A stretch of 64,000 bases of DNA from Chiloscyllium plagiosum (lineage: Eukaryota). Numbering within the stretch: the stretch's first letter is position 1; each line of letters starts with the position of its first letter. Below are positions 51,781 to 63,625 of the stretch, piece by piece. The DNA is taken from contig NC_057713.1 of NCBI RefSeq assembly GCF_004010195.1, positions 102,540,124-102,604,123 of the forward strand, given 5' to 3'. Made by a program: the position numbers and the translations under genes. The notes under the pieces are model-generated. The model ran no database searches and was not told the DNA's origin. It saw only the letters and a program-made list of their open reading frames with translations.

Positions 51781-52044
51781 TCTTTGTCTGTGTATTCATT
51801 CGTGCGATCTGGGCATCGCTGGTTAGCCAGCATTTATTGCCCATCCCGAGTTACTTTGAGAAAATGGTGATGAGCTGCATTCTTGAACTGCTGCGGTCCA
51901 CATGCAGCGAATTGACCCACAATGTCATTCGAAAGGGAATGACAGGATTTTGACCCAGTGACAGTGAAGGAAGGGCGGTATATTTCAAGCTCAGGATGGG
52001 GAGTGGTTTGGAGGTGAGTTTGCAGGTGGTGATGTTCCCATTTA

Positions 52045-55000
52045 TCATAGAGTCATAGAGCCATAGAGATGTACCGCACAGAAACAGACCCTTCGGTCCA
52101 ATTCGTCCATGCCAACCAGATATCCCAACCCAATATAGTCCCACCTGCCAGCACCTGGCCCATATCCCACCAAACCCTTCCTATTCATATACCCATCCAG
52201 ATGCCTTTTACATGTTGCAATTGTACCAGCCTTCACCACTTCTTCTGGCAGCTCATTCCATACATGTACCATCCTCTGCGTGCAAACGTTGCCCCTTAGG
52301 TCTCTTTTATATCTTTCCACTCTCACCCTAAACCTATGTCCTATAGTTCTGGACTCCCCAACCCCAGGGAAAAGACTTTGTCTATTTATCCTATCCATGC
52401 CCCTCATGATTTTATATACCTCTATAATGTCACTCCTCAGCCTCTGATTCTCCAGGGAAAACAGCCCCAGCCTATTCAACCTCTCCCTATAGCTCAAATC
52501 CTCCAACTTTGGCAACATCCTTGTAAATACTTTCTGAACCCTTTCAAGTTTCATAACTTTCTGATAGGAAGGAGACCAGAATTGCATGCAATATTCCGAA
52601 AGTGGCCCAACCAATGTCCTGTGCAGTCGCAACATGACCTCCCAACACCTGTACTCAATACTCTGACCAGTAAAGGAAAGCATACCAAATGCCTTCTTCA
52701 CTATACTATCTACCTGCAACTCTGCTTTCAATGAGCTATGAACCTGCACTCCATGGTCTCTTTGTTCAGCAACATTCCCTAGGACCTTACCATTAAGTCT
52801 ATAAGTCCTGCTAAGATTTGCTTTCCCAAGATGCAGCACCTCTCATTTATCTGAATTAAACTCCACCTGCCACTTCTCAGCTCATTGGCCTATCTGATCA
52901 AAATCCCATTGTAAACAGAGGTAACCTTCACTGTCCACTATACCTCCAACTTTAGTGTCATCTGCAAACGTATTAATTATACTTCTTATGCTCAGATCCT
53001 AATTATTTATATAAATGATGAAAAGTAGTGTACCCAGCACCAATTCTTGTGGCACTCCACTGGTCACAGGTCTCCAGTCTGAAAAACAACCCTCCACCAT
53101 GACCCTCTATCTTCTACCTTTGAAACAGTTCTATATCCAAATGGCTAGTTCTTCCTGTATTCCATGAGATCTAACCTTTCTAACCACACTCCCACGGGGA
53201 ACCGTGTTGAACGCCTTAATGAAGACCATATAGATCACTCCTACTGCTCTGCCCTCATCAATCCTCTTTGTTACTTGTACAAAAAAATGCAATCAAGTTT
53301 GTGAGACATGATTTCCCACACACAAAGCCATGATGACTATCCCGAATCAGTCCTTGCCTTTCCAAATACATCCTGCCCCTCAGGATTCCCTCCAACAACA
53401 TGCCCACCACCGATGTCAGGCTCACTGGTCAATAGTTCCCTGTCTTGTCCTTACCAGGTAAAAACAAAGACTGCAGATGCTGGAAACCCGAGTCTGAACT
53501 GGAGTGGTGCTGGAAAAGCACAGCAAGTCAGGCAGCATCCAAGGAGCAGAAAAATTGACATTTTGGGCAAAAGTCCTTCATCAGGAATAGAGGCAGGAAG
53601 CCTGCAGGGTTAAGAGATGTCCTTACCACTCTTCTTAAACAGTGACACCACGTTAGCTAACCTCCAGTCTTCCAATACCTCACCTGTGACTATCGATGAT
53701 ACAAGTATCTCAGCAAGAGGCGCAGCAATCATTTGCCTCACTTTCCTCAGAATTCTAGGGTACACCTGATCAGGTCCTGGGGATTTACCCACTTTTATGC
53801 ATTTCAAGACATCCAGCACTTTCTCCTCTGTAATGTGGACATTTTTCAAGATGTCACAATCTATTTCCTTACATTCCAAATCTTCCAAGTCCTTTTCCAC
53901 AGTAAATACTGATGCAAAATACTTGTTTAGTATCTCCCCCATCTCCTGCAGCTCCACACAAAGGCTGCCTTGCTGATCTTTGAGGGGCCCTATTCTCTCC
54001 CTAGTTACCCTTTTGTCCTGAATGTATTTTTAAAAACCCTTTGGACTCTCCTTAACTCTATTTGCCAAAGCTATCTCATGTCCCCTTTTTGCCCTCCTGA
54101 TTTCTCTCTTAAGTATACTCCTACTGCCTTTATACGCTTCTAAGGATTCACTCGATCTATCCTGTCTATACCTGACGTATGCTTCCTTCTTTTTCTTAAC
54201 TAAACCCTCAATTTCTTTAGTCATCCCCTATACCTATATATAGGTATATATAGATATTTCCTATACCTACCAGTCTTTCCTTTCACCCTAAGAGGAATAT
54301 ACTGTCTCTGGACTCCTGTTATCTCATTTCTGAAGGCTTACCATGTTCCAGCTTTCCCTTTACCTGTGAACATCTGCCCCCAATCAGCTTTTGAAAGTTC
54401 TTGCCTAAAACCATCAAAATTGTCCTTTCTCCAATTTAGAACTTCAACTTTTAGATCTGGTCTATCCTTTTCCATCACTATTTTAAATCTAATAGAATTA
54501 TGGTCACTGGCCCCAAAGTGCTCCCCCACTGACACCTCAGTCACCTGCCCTGCCTTATTTCCCAAGAGGAAGTCAAGTTTTGCTCCTTCTCTAGTAGGTA
54601 CATCCACATACTGAATCAGAAAATTTTCTTGGAGACACTTAACAAATTCCTCTCCATCTAAACCTTTAACACTATGGCAGTCCCAGTTTATGCTTGGAAA
54701 ATGAAAATATCCTCACTTAATTATTCTTACAGATAACTAAAATCTCCTTACAAATTTGTTTCTCAATTCACCTCTGACTATTAGGGGATATATAATACAA
54801 TTCCTATAAGGTGATCATCCCTTTCTTATTTCTCAGTTCCACCCAAATAACTTCCCTGGATGTATTTCTGGAAATATCCTCCCTCAGTACCTCTGTAATG
54901 CTATCCATTATCAAAAATGCCACTCCCCCTCACGTCTTGCCTCCTTTTCTTTCCTTCCTATAGCATTTATATCCTGGAACATTAAGCTGCCAGTTCTGTC

Positions 55001-55706
55001 CATCCCTGAGCCATGTTTCTGTAACTGCTCTGATATCCCAGTCCCACAATCCTAACCATGACCTGAGTTCATCTGCCTTCACTGTTAGGCCCCTTGCATT
55101 GAAATAAATGCAATTTAATTGGTCAGTCCTACCTTGTTCTTTGCTTTGTCCCTGACTACCCTGACTGTTTGACCTGCTTCTGTTCTCAACACTACCAGTC
55201 TTAGATTGATCTCTTTCCTCACTATTTCCTGGGTCCCACCCTTACTACACACACATTCCCTCTCCCCTACCTTACTAGTTTAAGTCCTCCTGAGCAGCTC
55301 TAGAAAATCTCCCTGCCAGTATACTAGTACCCTTCCAATTTAGGTGCAATCGGTCTTTCTTGTACAGGTCACGTCTACCCCAAAAGAGATTCCAATGATC
55401 CAAAAATGTAAATACTTCTCGCATATACCAGCTCCTCAGCAATGCATTCATCTGCTCTATCCTCCTATTCCTGCCTTCACTAGCTCATAGTACTGGGAGC
55501 AATCCAGATATTACTACTCTCGAGGACACCCTTTACACTTCCTGCCTAACTCTCTGTAATCTCCCTTCAGAATCTCAACCTTTTCTCTTCCTATGTCATT
55601 GGTTCCAATGTGTACAATGACCCCCTGCTGTCCCCTCTCTCCCTTGAGAAGATTCTGCACTCTCTCTGAGACATCCTTGATCCTGGCAGCAGGGAAGTGA
55701 CACACC
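52045..55706 (-). mobile_element. Long CR1 LINE including the ORF1 esterase end and degenerate ORF2
   Basis: ORF1 VCHFPAARIKDVSERV...VIVHIGTNDIG (SGNH esterase); ORF2 EN and RT fragments; tail at 52045; inserted into the older LINE family. Confidence 0.95.
53457..53617 (-). mobile_element. Solo Penelope terminal repeat inserted in CR1, 11-bp TSD
   Basis: TGTCCTTACCA at 53446-53456 and 53618-53628; degenerate hammerhead core on the minus strand. Confidence 0.88.
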
Positions 55707-57269
55707 ATTCTGAATGCCCTTGTCTTTCAGATGAAAATAGTAATGGGTTTGGAAGTTGTTATCTGAGGTTCTTTGGTGAATTTTTGCAGTGCATCATGTA
55801 CATCACACACACTGCTGCCACAGAATATCAGTGGTGGAGGGAATGGATGTTTGTGGATGTGGAATTAATCAAGAGGGCTGCTTTGTCCTGGATGGTACCA
55901 AGCTTCTTGAGTGTTGTTGGAGCTGCACGCATCCAGGCAAGTGGAAAATATTCCATCATACTCCTAACTTGTGCCTTGTAGATGGTGGACAGGCTTTGGG
56001 GAGTCAGGACGTGAGTTAATTACCACAGTATTCCTCACCTCTGACCTGCTCTTGAAGCTATTGTGCTTATGTGGTGGGTCCCTATTGAGTTTCTAGTCAA
56101 TGCCAAACCCAAGGATGTCGATAGGGGCATTCAATGATTGTAACACCATTCAATTTCAAGGAGCAGTAGTTTGATTGTTTCTTATTGGTGATAGTCATAG
56201 CCTAGCATTTGTTGGCATGAATGTTACTGGCCACTTGTCAGCCCAAGGCTGGATAATGTCCAGATCTTGTTACATTTGAAGATAGGCTGGTTCAGCACCT
56301 GAGGAATTCTGAATGGTGATGAACATTGTGCAATCATCAGCAAACATCCTCACTTCTAACCTTATGATGGAGGGAAGGTCCTTCATGAAGCAGCTGAAAA
56401 TGATTGGGCCTAGGACATTACCTGAGGAGCTCCTGCAGCAATATCCTGGAGGTAAGATGACTGACCTCCAATAACCACAACCATCATTCAATGCGCCAAG
56501 TATGACTTTAACCAGGGGTGGGATTGCCCCCACCCCAGTACCCGTTGATACTGGTTTTGCCAGCGCTTCCTAATGCCACACTCAGTTGAATTCAGCCTTG
56601 ATTTCAGGGGCGGTCACTTTCACCTCACCTCTGGAATTCTGCTCTTTTGCCCAATTTGAACCATTGCTGTTCATGAGTTCATTAGCTCAGTGGCCCTGGT
56701 GGAACCCAAACTGGGCATCACTGAACAGGTTATGGCTGAGCAGCTGCTGCTTGATAGCACTATCGCAGACACCCTGCATCACTTTATTGATAATCAAGAG
56801 TACACTAATGGGGCAGTTCGGATTTGTCCTGCTTTGTATGCACAAAACATATCTGGGCAATTATCCATATTGTCAGGTAGATGCTGGTGTTGGAGCTCGA
56901 AAGCAAGAGCTTGGCTAGGGCAGCGGCAAGTTCTGGAGCACAAGTCTTTCGTACTATTATCAGAATGTTGTCAGAACTCATAGACTTTGCAGGATCCAGT
57001 GCTGCCACTTTGGAAGTCTTGTGTCAGGCAGGTGGATGGCGGCCAATCTAACACAGCTGATTGACCATAACCAGTGCCTCTGTATTTTAAAGGTATAGAT
57101 GGCTTCCAAATAATTTAAATTCGTCCAGCAGACATTGGAGCCAGGGTGAAATGAGTTTCCCATGCATTTGCATATATGTAAGTTTAAGAAGAAAACCAAT
57201 TAAAATGTTGAGTGAAACAAATGACTCTTTATGATCTCACATGACTACAATCTGGCTCCACTGGGTCAA

Positions 57270-57437
57270 GGCAAGAGTGAGGATGCAGATGCTGGCAATC
57301 AGAGTCTAGATTAGAGTGGTGCTGGAAAAGCACAGCCGGTCAGGCAGCCCCGCTCCTCGGATACTACCTGACCTGCTGTGCTTTTCCAGCACCACTCTAG
57401 ACTCTGATTTTCAGCATCTGTAGTCCTCACTTTTGCC
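57270..57437. mobile_element. Hairpin mini-element of inverted Penelope termini
   Basis: gcaagagtgaggatgcagatgctgg...gcagc paired with ...cagcatctgtagtcctcacttttgcc; CAyTGGGTC repeated on both flanks. Confidence 0.8.
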
Positions 57438-58875
57438 TACATTGGGTCTGTCTAGGTGATGTCCAGGTCGTGTCTAATATGATGGTTCTTTCAAATGGCT
57501 GCAATAGGCAGCATGAGCTAAATGCCCTGTGTTTGTGATGCAAGAATCTATGATTCGTTCAAGTGTCAAAACTTGGAATAAATGCACCCTGTACATTCCA
57601 ATCAATAGTTTTCAAATCTCTTGAGGTGGAACAGTAACATGCAGTGTCAATCCACACTCCAGAAATCACTACTCCAGTAGTTAATCTACTTTCAACGCAA
57701 TGAGTAGTATTGGATCCCGGTCAAATCTAAATACAACGCATCATCGGAAGAAAGATTCCTACAGTTCTCTCACAAACGTTTATAACACACACAAAGATTT
57801 TTAAAATAGTTTGACTGTTCGAAAATGTGCAGAAGCATTATCAAATCCTCTGACATGTTTACTTTCCAGAACTCAGAAACCCAACCAATTGGGATTTCAT
57901 ATTTTGTAATCTCAGTCAAACTGATGAGGTTCTCTCTATTGTCCAGCGGAAAGTGGTGATGATGAATCTTGAAGGGGGCGGTGTGCGGTGCAAGTACACT
58001 CAGTGCAATGCTGTAGTGTTTTATTTTGAGTAGAGGTTGGGATTTTCATTGAACAGCGATTGCTGTGGATCCGAAATCACATGTAGGTCAGACTCAGTAA
58101 TGACGGCAGACTTCCTCCTGGGAAGGGCACTTGTTTTAATGACAATCTCGTCGTTTACTTGACATCATTGTTGATTCTGTTTTTGTTTTCCTTTAAATTG
58201 GGTTAATTGCTTGAATTTAAAACACCAGATTCCGTGATTGAATTTCATCTCATATCTTCAGACCATTGATCCTTTAGATCATGAGTCCAGTAAATCCAGT
58301 AAGATAACCACTTGTACTCCGACTGTAGATCTGGGATGATCGCCGGAGATTTCTTATCGGGATCAGCAGGATCATAAACTTGTGTTCCGATAATTAGGAG
58401 TTCAGAACACCTATTTCTTTGCCAGCACAGCTAACTTCGAGCGTGTGGATCGAACTCATTTTTAAGTATGATCGTTTTTCCACTGTTATTTCTGCTTTCC
58501 CCACACATCTACACCGCCCACTCCACTCATTTCCGACCCTCCCGAGTCTGCCTGCACACACCTCCGAGCCTGGGGCAAGCGAGCAGGTTAACTCGGATCA
58601 ACTTTAAAAGTTTCAATCCCTAAACTGAATCTTGAATTAACACTTCTCGGGTCTGTGAACCCAAAGGAAACAAATGAGAAACGATTAAACAGACGAAAAG
58701 GAGACTCTCGGTCTCGCATTTTATATGGAGGCATTAAATCGGGCGCGTTCAATTTGTGCAGCGAGAGAGGAATTTCCAGCTGTTTGGGGGAGGGAAACGG
58801 AAGAGACTTCACTTCCTTTATAAACATAACCCTGAGCAGCAGTAACCCACTACAGAGCGAGCCGGTCACTGCACA

Positions 58876-58909
58876 ATGTTCTGGGTGATTGTGACGCTAG
58901 TTTTATCCT
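58876..58909 (+). CDS. TRGV: TRGV segment B, leader exon
   Basis: MFWVIVTLVLS+T|GTAGGT, phase 1, 79-nt intron; TATAAA at 58819. Confidence 0.87.
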
Positions 58910-58988
58910 GTAGGTACTTGTGTTTATCTAGGTGTCATATCAGTCTAACATTCATAATCGTTTTCAATATAATTTTCTTTTTTTCCAG

Positions 58989-59280
58989 ATGGGGATTTGG
59001 CTGGGTCTTTAACACAGGCACCAATATCATCTGTAACCAAACTCGGTAAAAGTGTCAGATTTAAGTGTACCGTAGACAGCAAGGACACTGTAGTCCATTG
59101 GTACCAGCACCGAGAGGGTCAGGCGCCCTCCAGAATACTTTATTATGACAGCAGCGTCATTCGGGATCCAGAATTCGGCAACAAGTTTAAAGCGGATAAG
59201 CAGAACGCTTTGTGCACTTTGATCATCAATGACATCGTGAAGGAAGATTCTGCCACTTATTACTGCGCCTATTGGGACAG
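58989..59280 (+). CDS. TRGV: TRGV segment B, V exon (intact)
   Basis: (Y)GDLAGSLTQAPISSVTKLGKSVRFKCTVDSKDTVVHWYQHREGQAPSRILYY...EDSATYYCAYWDS. Confidence 0.94.
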
Positions 59281-59319
59281 CACAGTGTTCAACAGAGACA
59301 GAAATGCTGAACAAAAACG
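59281..59319 (+). other. Recombination signal sequence, 23-bp spacer (V-B)
   Basis: CACAGTG - 23 nt - ACAAAAACG, near consensus. Confidence 0.95.
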
Positions 59320-59484
59320 CTCGCTCCTCCCTCAGCCACCACACAATCATCAACTCCCATTTATAAAGCGCCGTTAACGTAGGCAATCCTCGAGGAATAC
59401 ATGATGAAACAAAATTTAATACGAGTGTATATATAAATAAAAATCGGCAGATGGGAATTTGAGGCTGGCGTTTTGTTTTGAATT

Positions 59485-59758
59485 GTGAGGAGCAAATCCA
59501 CACCGACCCTCCGAAGAGTAACTCACCCAGACTCATCCCCCCATACATTTTACCTTGACTGATGCACCAGGCACTATGGGCAATTTAACACGGCCAATTC
59601 ACCTGATTGGCGCACCTTTGAATTGTGGGAAGAAACCGACGCAGACATGGGGAGAATGTATAAAACTCCATACATACAGTCGCGCGATGCGGGAACCGAA
59701 CCCGGGTTCCTGTCGCTGTGAGGCGGCAGTGATAACCAGTGAGCCACCCTACCGCCCC
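59485..59758 (-). mobile_element. HE1-type V-SINE just downstream of V-B
   Basis: Reverse-complement head ...gtgaggcggcagtgataaccagtgagccacc and V-core. Confidence 0.82.
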
Positions 59759-60992
59759 TGAGCTAGTCTGTAAATTCACATTGAGTTCCGGCTCGGATTA
59801 GAATAAGATTAGGAAACTTCATAAATCATTTAAGACCAGTTTTCATATATCCTCATTTTTTAAAAAGTGGGCTAAAAGAACAGTGATTTAAACTGCATAA
59901 ACACTATCAGATGCAGCAGTTTCAGTGAAAATGCAAAGGGCTGAACCAGCATTAACCGTGAGGCTTTGTTTGAAAAATGGAATGAGGATGACCAGGAACT
60001 AAACCAAGCAAGGGGGTATAGTCAAGGATGGGAATGAAACAGAGGCTTCGGACAGGAGATAGGAGTGGGGAGACCAGGGGTGGAATGTACAAAACACGTG
60101 CTTGTCTAAAACTGAATTCAAGTAATGTACTGTCTACATGTCATGCCCGTTGAGTTGGACTGCGACCTCGGAATCTTTTCTGGGATAGACTCAACCGGAG
60201 TTGGCCCTGATATGATTTCGTGCAATAATCTACCACAACAGCGTGAAAATGACGCAAATTCTGGCAAAGTCTCATTCATCCTGTTGAAAGAGTTAAATAA
60301 TGAAGACAATTTCAATAATCCTGCCGTGCATTCCCTTGAGCTTAAATGTTCATGAACCAGTCTATTTGAGCTACTTGAAATGAGAAAGATCTGGGAGATG
60401 TTATATAAAGAATAATAAATATCTGTGGTGGGGAAGATCCGGAAAGATTGGACAAAATCTTAAAATTAGAGCCGGTCACTCAGGGATGATTTCAGAAAGC
60501 GCCGAGGAGTGGAGTTCCAACCCCTAAAAAGCTCAGATGTTCAGGATCCAATTAAACCTCATAGTTCTGCTGTTACTTGGTACCACATTCTCTGGACCCA
60601 CCTTTTGTTTCTGTTCACTTCCCATTACTATCACTGTTTCCCTTGCACCGCTATCTCTTGAGATATCTAACTCTCCCATCCTCCACCCGGTCACAGATTT
60701 CCCTTGTGTTGATACCTTGCCTATTTCCCTGCCTTCTCTCTGGGTTAAAACCCTGTCGACATCTCAGCGTTTTCCAGCTCAGGTTTCTGAAACATTAGCT
60801 CGGTTTCTCTCTCCACAGCTGCTGCTGGAGTATTTCCAACATTTTCTGTTTATATTGCAAATAACCGACCTGGAGGGCAGGGTGCGGGGTTCAACCCTGA
60901 CCAATGTCTCACTGATTGGTTTGAAAGAGGTGATTCATTTCTTTTTAGTTTCTATACAGCTGCTTGAGAGAACAGTTGAAGATCGAGTGAAC

Positions 60993-61035
60993 ATGTCGCT
61001 GTATTACTGGCTCATTGTGGTAACCACTTTGCCCT
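60993..61035 (+). CDS. TRGV: TRGV segment C, leader exon
   Basis: MSLYYWLIVVTTLP+T|GTATGT, phase 1, 91-nt intron. Confidence 0.87.
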
Positions 61036-61126
61036 GTATGTGTTTCTGACGCTATTATTCAGATATCGTTGTTCATTCGCAACCATCAAGCGGTTATTTG
61101 TAACCCTGGATATATTGTTTCCTCAG

Positions 61127-61435
61127 GCGGATATTTTACACAAACATTGAAACAGACTTTCCCATTTATTACCAAAACTGTGGATAAACCCACTCGATTC
61201 AAATGCGAAGTCGAAGGGATAACTATTAGTAACAGAAATCCCCTTCACTGGTACCAGCAAAAACCCGATCAGGTACCCACTCAAATCCTCGATTATGGAT
61301 CAGGCATATCAAGGGATTCGGGATTTGGTGATCGGTTCAAAGCTGAGAAATCTAACAACAACGAATTCTCCCTCACAATCGGCAAAGTGAAGGAAGAGGA
61401 CACGGCCACCTATTACTGTGCGTGCTGGATAGATA
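61127..61435 (+). CDS. TRGV: TRGV segment C, V exon (intact)
   Basis: (C)GYFTQTLKQTFPFITKTVDKPTRFKCEVEGITISNRNPLHWYQQKP...EEDTATYYCACWID. Confidence 0.93.
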
Positions 61436-61474
61436 CACGCTGCGAGATATCAATGCAATGTTTGTACAAAAACA
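61436..61474 (+). other. Recombination signal sequence, 23-bp spacer (V-C)
   Basis: CACGCTG - 23 nt - ACAAAAACA. Confidence 0.92.
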
Positions 61475-61536
61475 CTGAACCATTCGAAGCTAAGCTATCA
61501 GAGAAACCCACGCACCCCTCCCCTAGTTGGGTAAAG

Positions 61537-61706
61537 TAGCAATTAAAAGGCATTTGGATGGGTATATGAATAGGAAGGGTTTGGATGGATATGGGCCGGA
61601 TGCTGGCAGGTGGGACGAGATTGGGTTGGGATATCTGGTCGGCATGGACGGGTTGGACCGAATGGTCTGTTTCCATGCTGTACATCTCTATGACTCTATA
61701 ACTCTA
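61537..61706 (+). mobile_element. CR1 extreme 3' fragment about 60 bp after the V-C RSS
   Basis: KRHLDGYMNRKGLDGYGPDAGRWD plus 3'UTR and tail. Confidence 0.9.
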
Positions 61707-62259
61707 CGACACCACAGCTAGATCTGTGTCTGAGCTTCTTCCGCCTGAATCCGTGAATTGGCGAGTGATGTGACGCCAATCAGGTCGCGGCCGTTTTGGT
61801 CAATTTGTTCCTGATCTTGGAGTGAAAGCACCGAGAGGCGACTCACTGTGGAGTTCAAGGGCTTTGGTCGAGTAGAAGTTGCAGTGAAGGTCTCCCTGAG
61901 CCGGCGGGTGCAGTTACACTGTGGATTTCTTCCTTCAGTCATCGAATTTCAGAGTGTAGGCATACACGCCAGCGGCTGGAGCAGTGTAACCCCGCCAAAT
62001 GTCAATGGTGCACAGGAGTGCAGCGGGGGTGCCTGACTGTGTTCGTCAGCTCTGGTCCCAGTGCAGGAGTAAATGGGGCATCGACACGTAACTTCCCATG
62101 AAATCACTTCCAGCCTCCTGGCCTGAGTAAACAGCGATACAAAATAACGTTTCTGCTTTATTAGGAGTAAGTTGTGATCTGGGATGTTCTGCCTGAAAAG
62201 ATGGTGGAAACAGATCCAGGAGTCACTTTCGAAAGCGAACTGGATAAAGATTTGAAATT

Positions 62260-62660
62260 ATACAGGGCATTGGTGAGGACACACCCTGAATTTTGTGTGT
62301 ACTTTTGATCTCAGGGTGCAGAGAAGGTTTACGGAATTGATTCCTGGAATGGTAGGACTGACGTATGAACAGAGAGTGACTCGGCGAGGACTATACTCAG
62401 TAGAATTTAGAAGAATGAGTGAGTATGTCATAGAAAACTATAAAATCCTAACAGGAAGAGTGCTTCGGGAAGTACAGATCCAGGAGTTACAACAAAGATT
62501 AAGACAAGGTAAGGATCTTTTCGACTGACATGAGGTGAACTAGCTTCAGTCAGAAAGTGGTGAATCTGTGGTATTCATTTTTAACAGAAAGTGAGGCCAA
62601 AGATTGAATGTTTTGAAGAAGGATGTAGGTTCTTGTGGTTAAAGGGATCAAGGAATATGG
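62260..62660 (+). mobile_element. Old CR1 3' fragment
   Basis: VQRRFTELIPGMVGLTYEQR...GLYSVEFRRM...IENYKIL. Confidence 0.75.
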
Positions 62661-62871
62661 GCTGCGGGGTGAGGGAGGAAGAGATTAGAATATCATCAGC
62701 CATTTGAGGGAACACAAAATGAGAGACATGGCAGATAAACTGCATCAAGACAATTCATCACGAGCCCCTAGCGGTATTGTTTTGCGTTGTCTATATTCAG
62801 GATGCGAATCATTTCCTGTTTAATTATCCGGTTTAACACAGTGAATGCAGCCTTCTCATCATTGCTGCACC

Positions 62872-62914
62872 ATGTCGTTCCATTGTCTGGTTTGTCTGTT
62901 GATGCTTTCCCCCA
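62872..62914 (+). pseudogene. TRGV-type leader exon (orphan of a deleted V, or alternative leader for V-D)
   Basis: MSFHCLVCLLMLSP+A|GTGAGT, same length and phase as the V-C leader, preceded by the shared promoter motif. An acceptor 84 nt downstream (ctctccag, 62998) is followed by non-V sequence. Confidence 0.65.
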
Positions 62915-63138
62915 GTGAGTGCGACACCGAGCCGTTCGAACCATCAAGTTATAGAGGGACACCATTCAGCTCGTTCTTTTTGTGTTGGGTCTCTCCAGAA
63001 ATCTTCAGCTTGCTCCAACACCCCCTCCCCGCCCCCAGCTGTCCCCCCGCCGCCTTTTCCACGAGCCATCATTTCTTTCCTTTTCTCGAGTTTCTACTAT
63101 TCTCTTCAAAAAGCCAGCAATGAACCTGCCCACAGCCA

Positions 63139-63187
63139 ATGCAGTCGACATTCTCAACACTTGCTGTGTGAATTTTTCTTCCCTCAC
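63139..63187 (+). pseudogene. Degenerate leader exon of V-D
   Basis: MQSTFSTLAV*IFLPS+C|GTTTAT: in-frame TGA and weak donor; shared promoter motif 70 nt upstream. Confidence 0.45.
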
Positions 63188-63333
63188 GTTTATTTTTTTT
63201 AACGATAATTATAAAATTGTGTCTTCTGCATTTGGCCGTTGTATTAATGGGAACTGTTCCTTCCTATCCGCTTTCTTTGTGATTTCTGAATGTCTCCTCA
63301 GCTATGTGACTTTTCGATATTTTATATTTGCAG

Positions 63334-63625
63334 GTGAACATTTTGCCGAGGTCTTGAGACAGTCACCAATATCGATCACTAGGCCCAAGACATCAACAGT
63401 CAAAATACGATGTGTCACACAACACGCGGTAACTATCCACTGGTACTAACAACAGTCCGACCAGGCGCCTCGAAGGATAATTTATTTCAGCAAAAGCGGC
63501 GTTCTGCTGGATCCGGGAATCCCCTCTAAGTTCTCAATTGAGAAAAGTGTTTCTTCATTCTTCCTTGTAGTTGATAACATTGAACGGTCTGATGCTGCCA
63601 TCTATTACTGTGCCTATTGGATCCC
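63334..63625 (+). pseudogene. TRGV: TRGV segment D, V exon pseudogene
   Basis: EHFAEVLRQSPISITRPKTSTVKIRCVTQHAVTIHWY*QQSDQAPRRIIYFSKSGVLLDPGIPSKFSIEKSVSSFFLVVDNIERSDAAIYYCAYWI; single TAA at 63447-63449 where Gln (CAA) is expected. Confidence 0.9.

Noticed and set aside
54228-54270. AT-rich palindromic insert inside CR1
   Set aside because: Short low-complexity slippage or repair product; no further structure.
62764-62776. Third CTCF-like site (GCCCCTAGCGG)
   Set aside because: The core is one G short of consensus; match too weak to call.
62837-62880. CACAGTG heptamer upstream of the orphan leader
   Set aside because: No nonamer at 12- or 23-nt spacing and no V, D or J coding flank.
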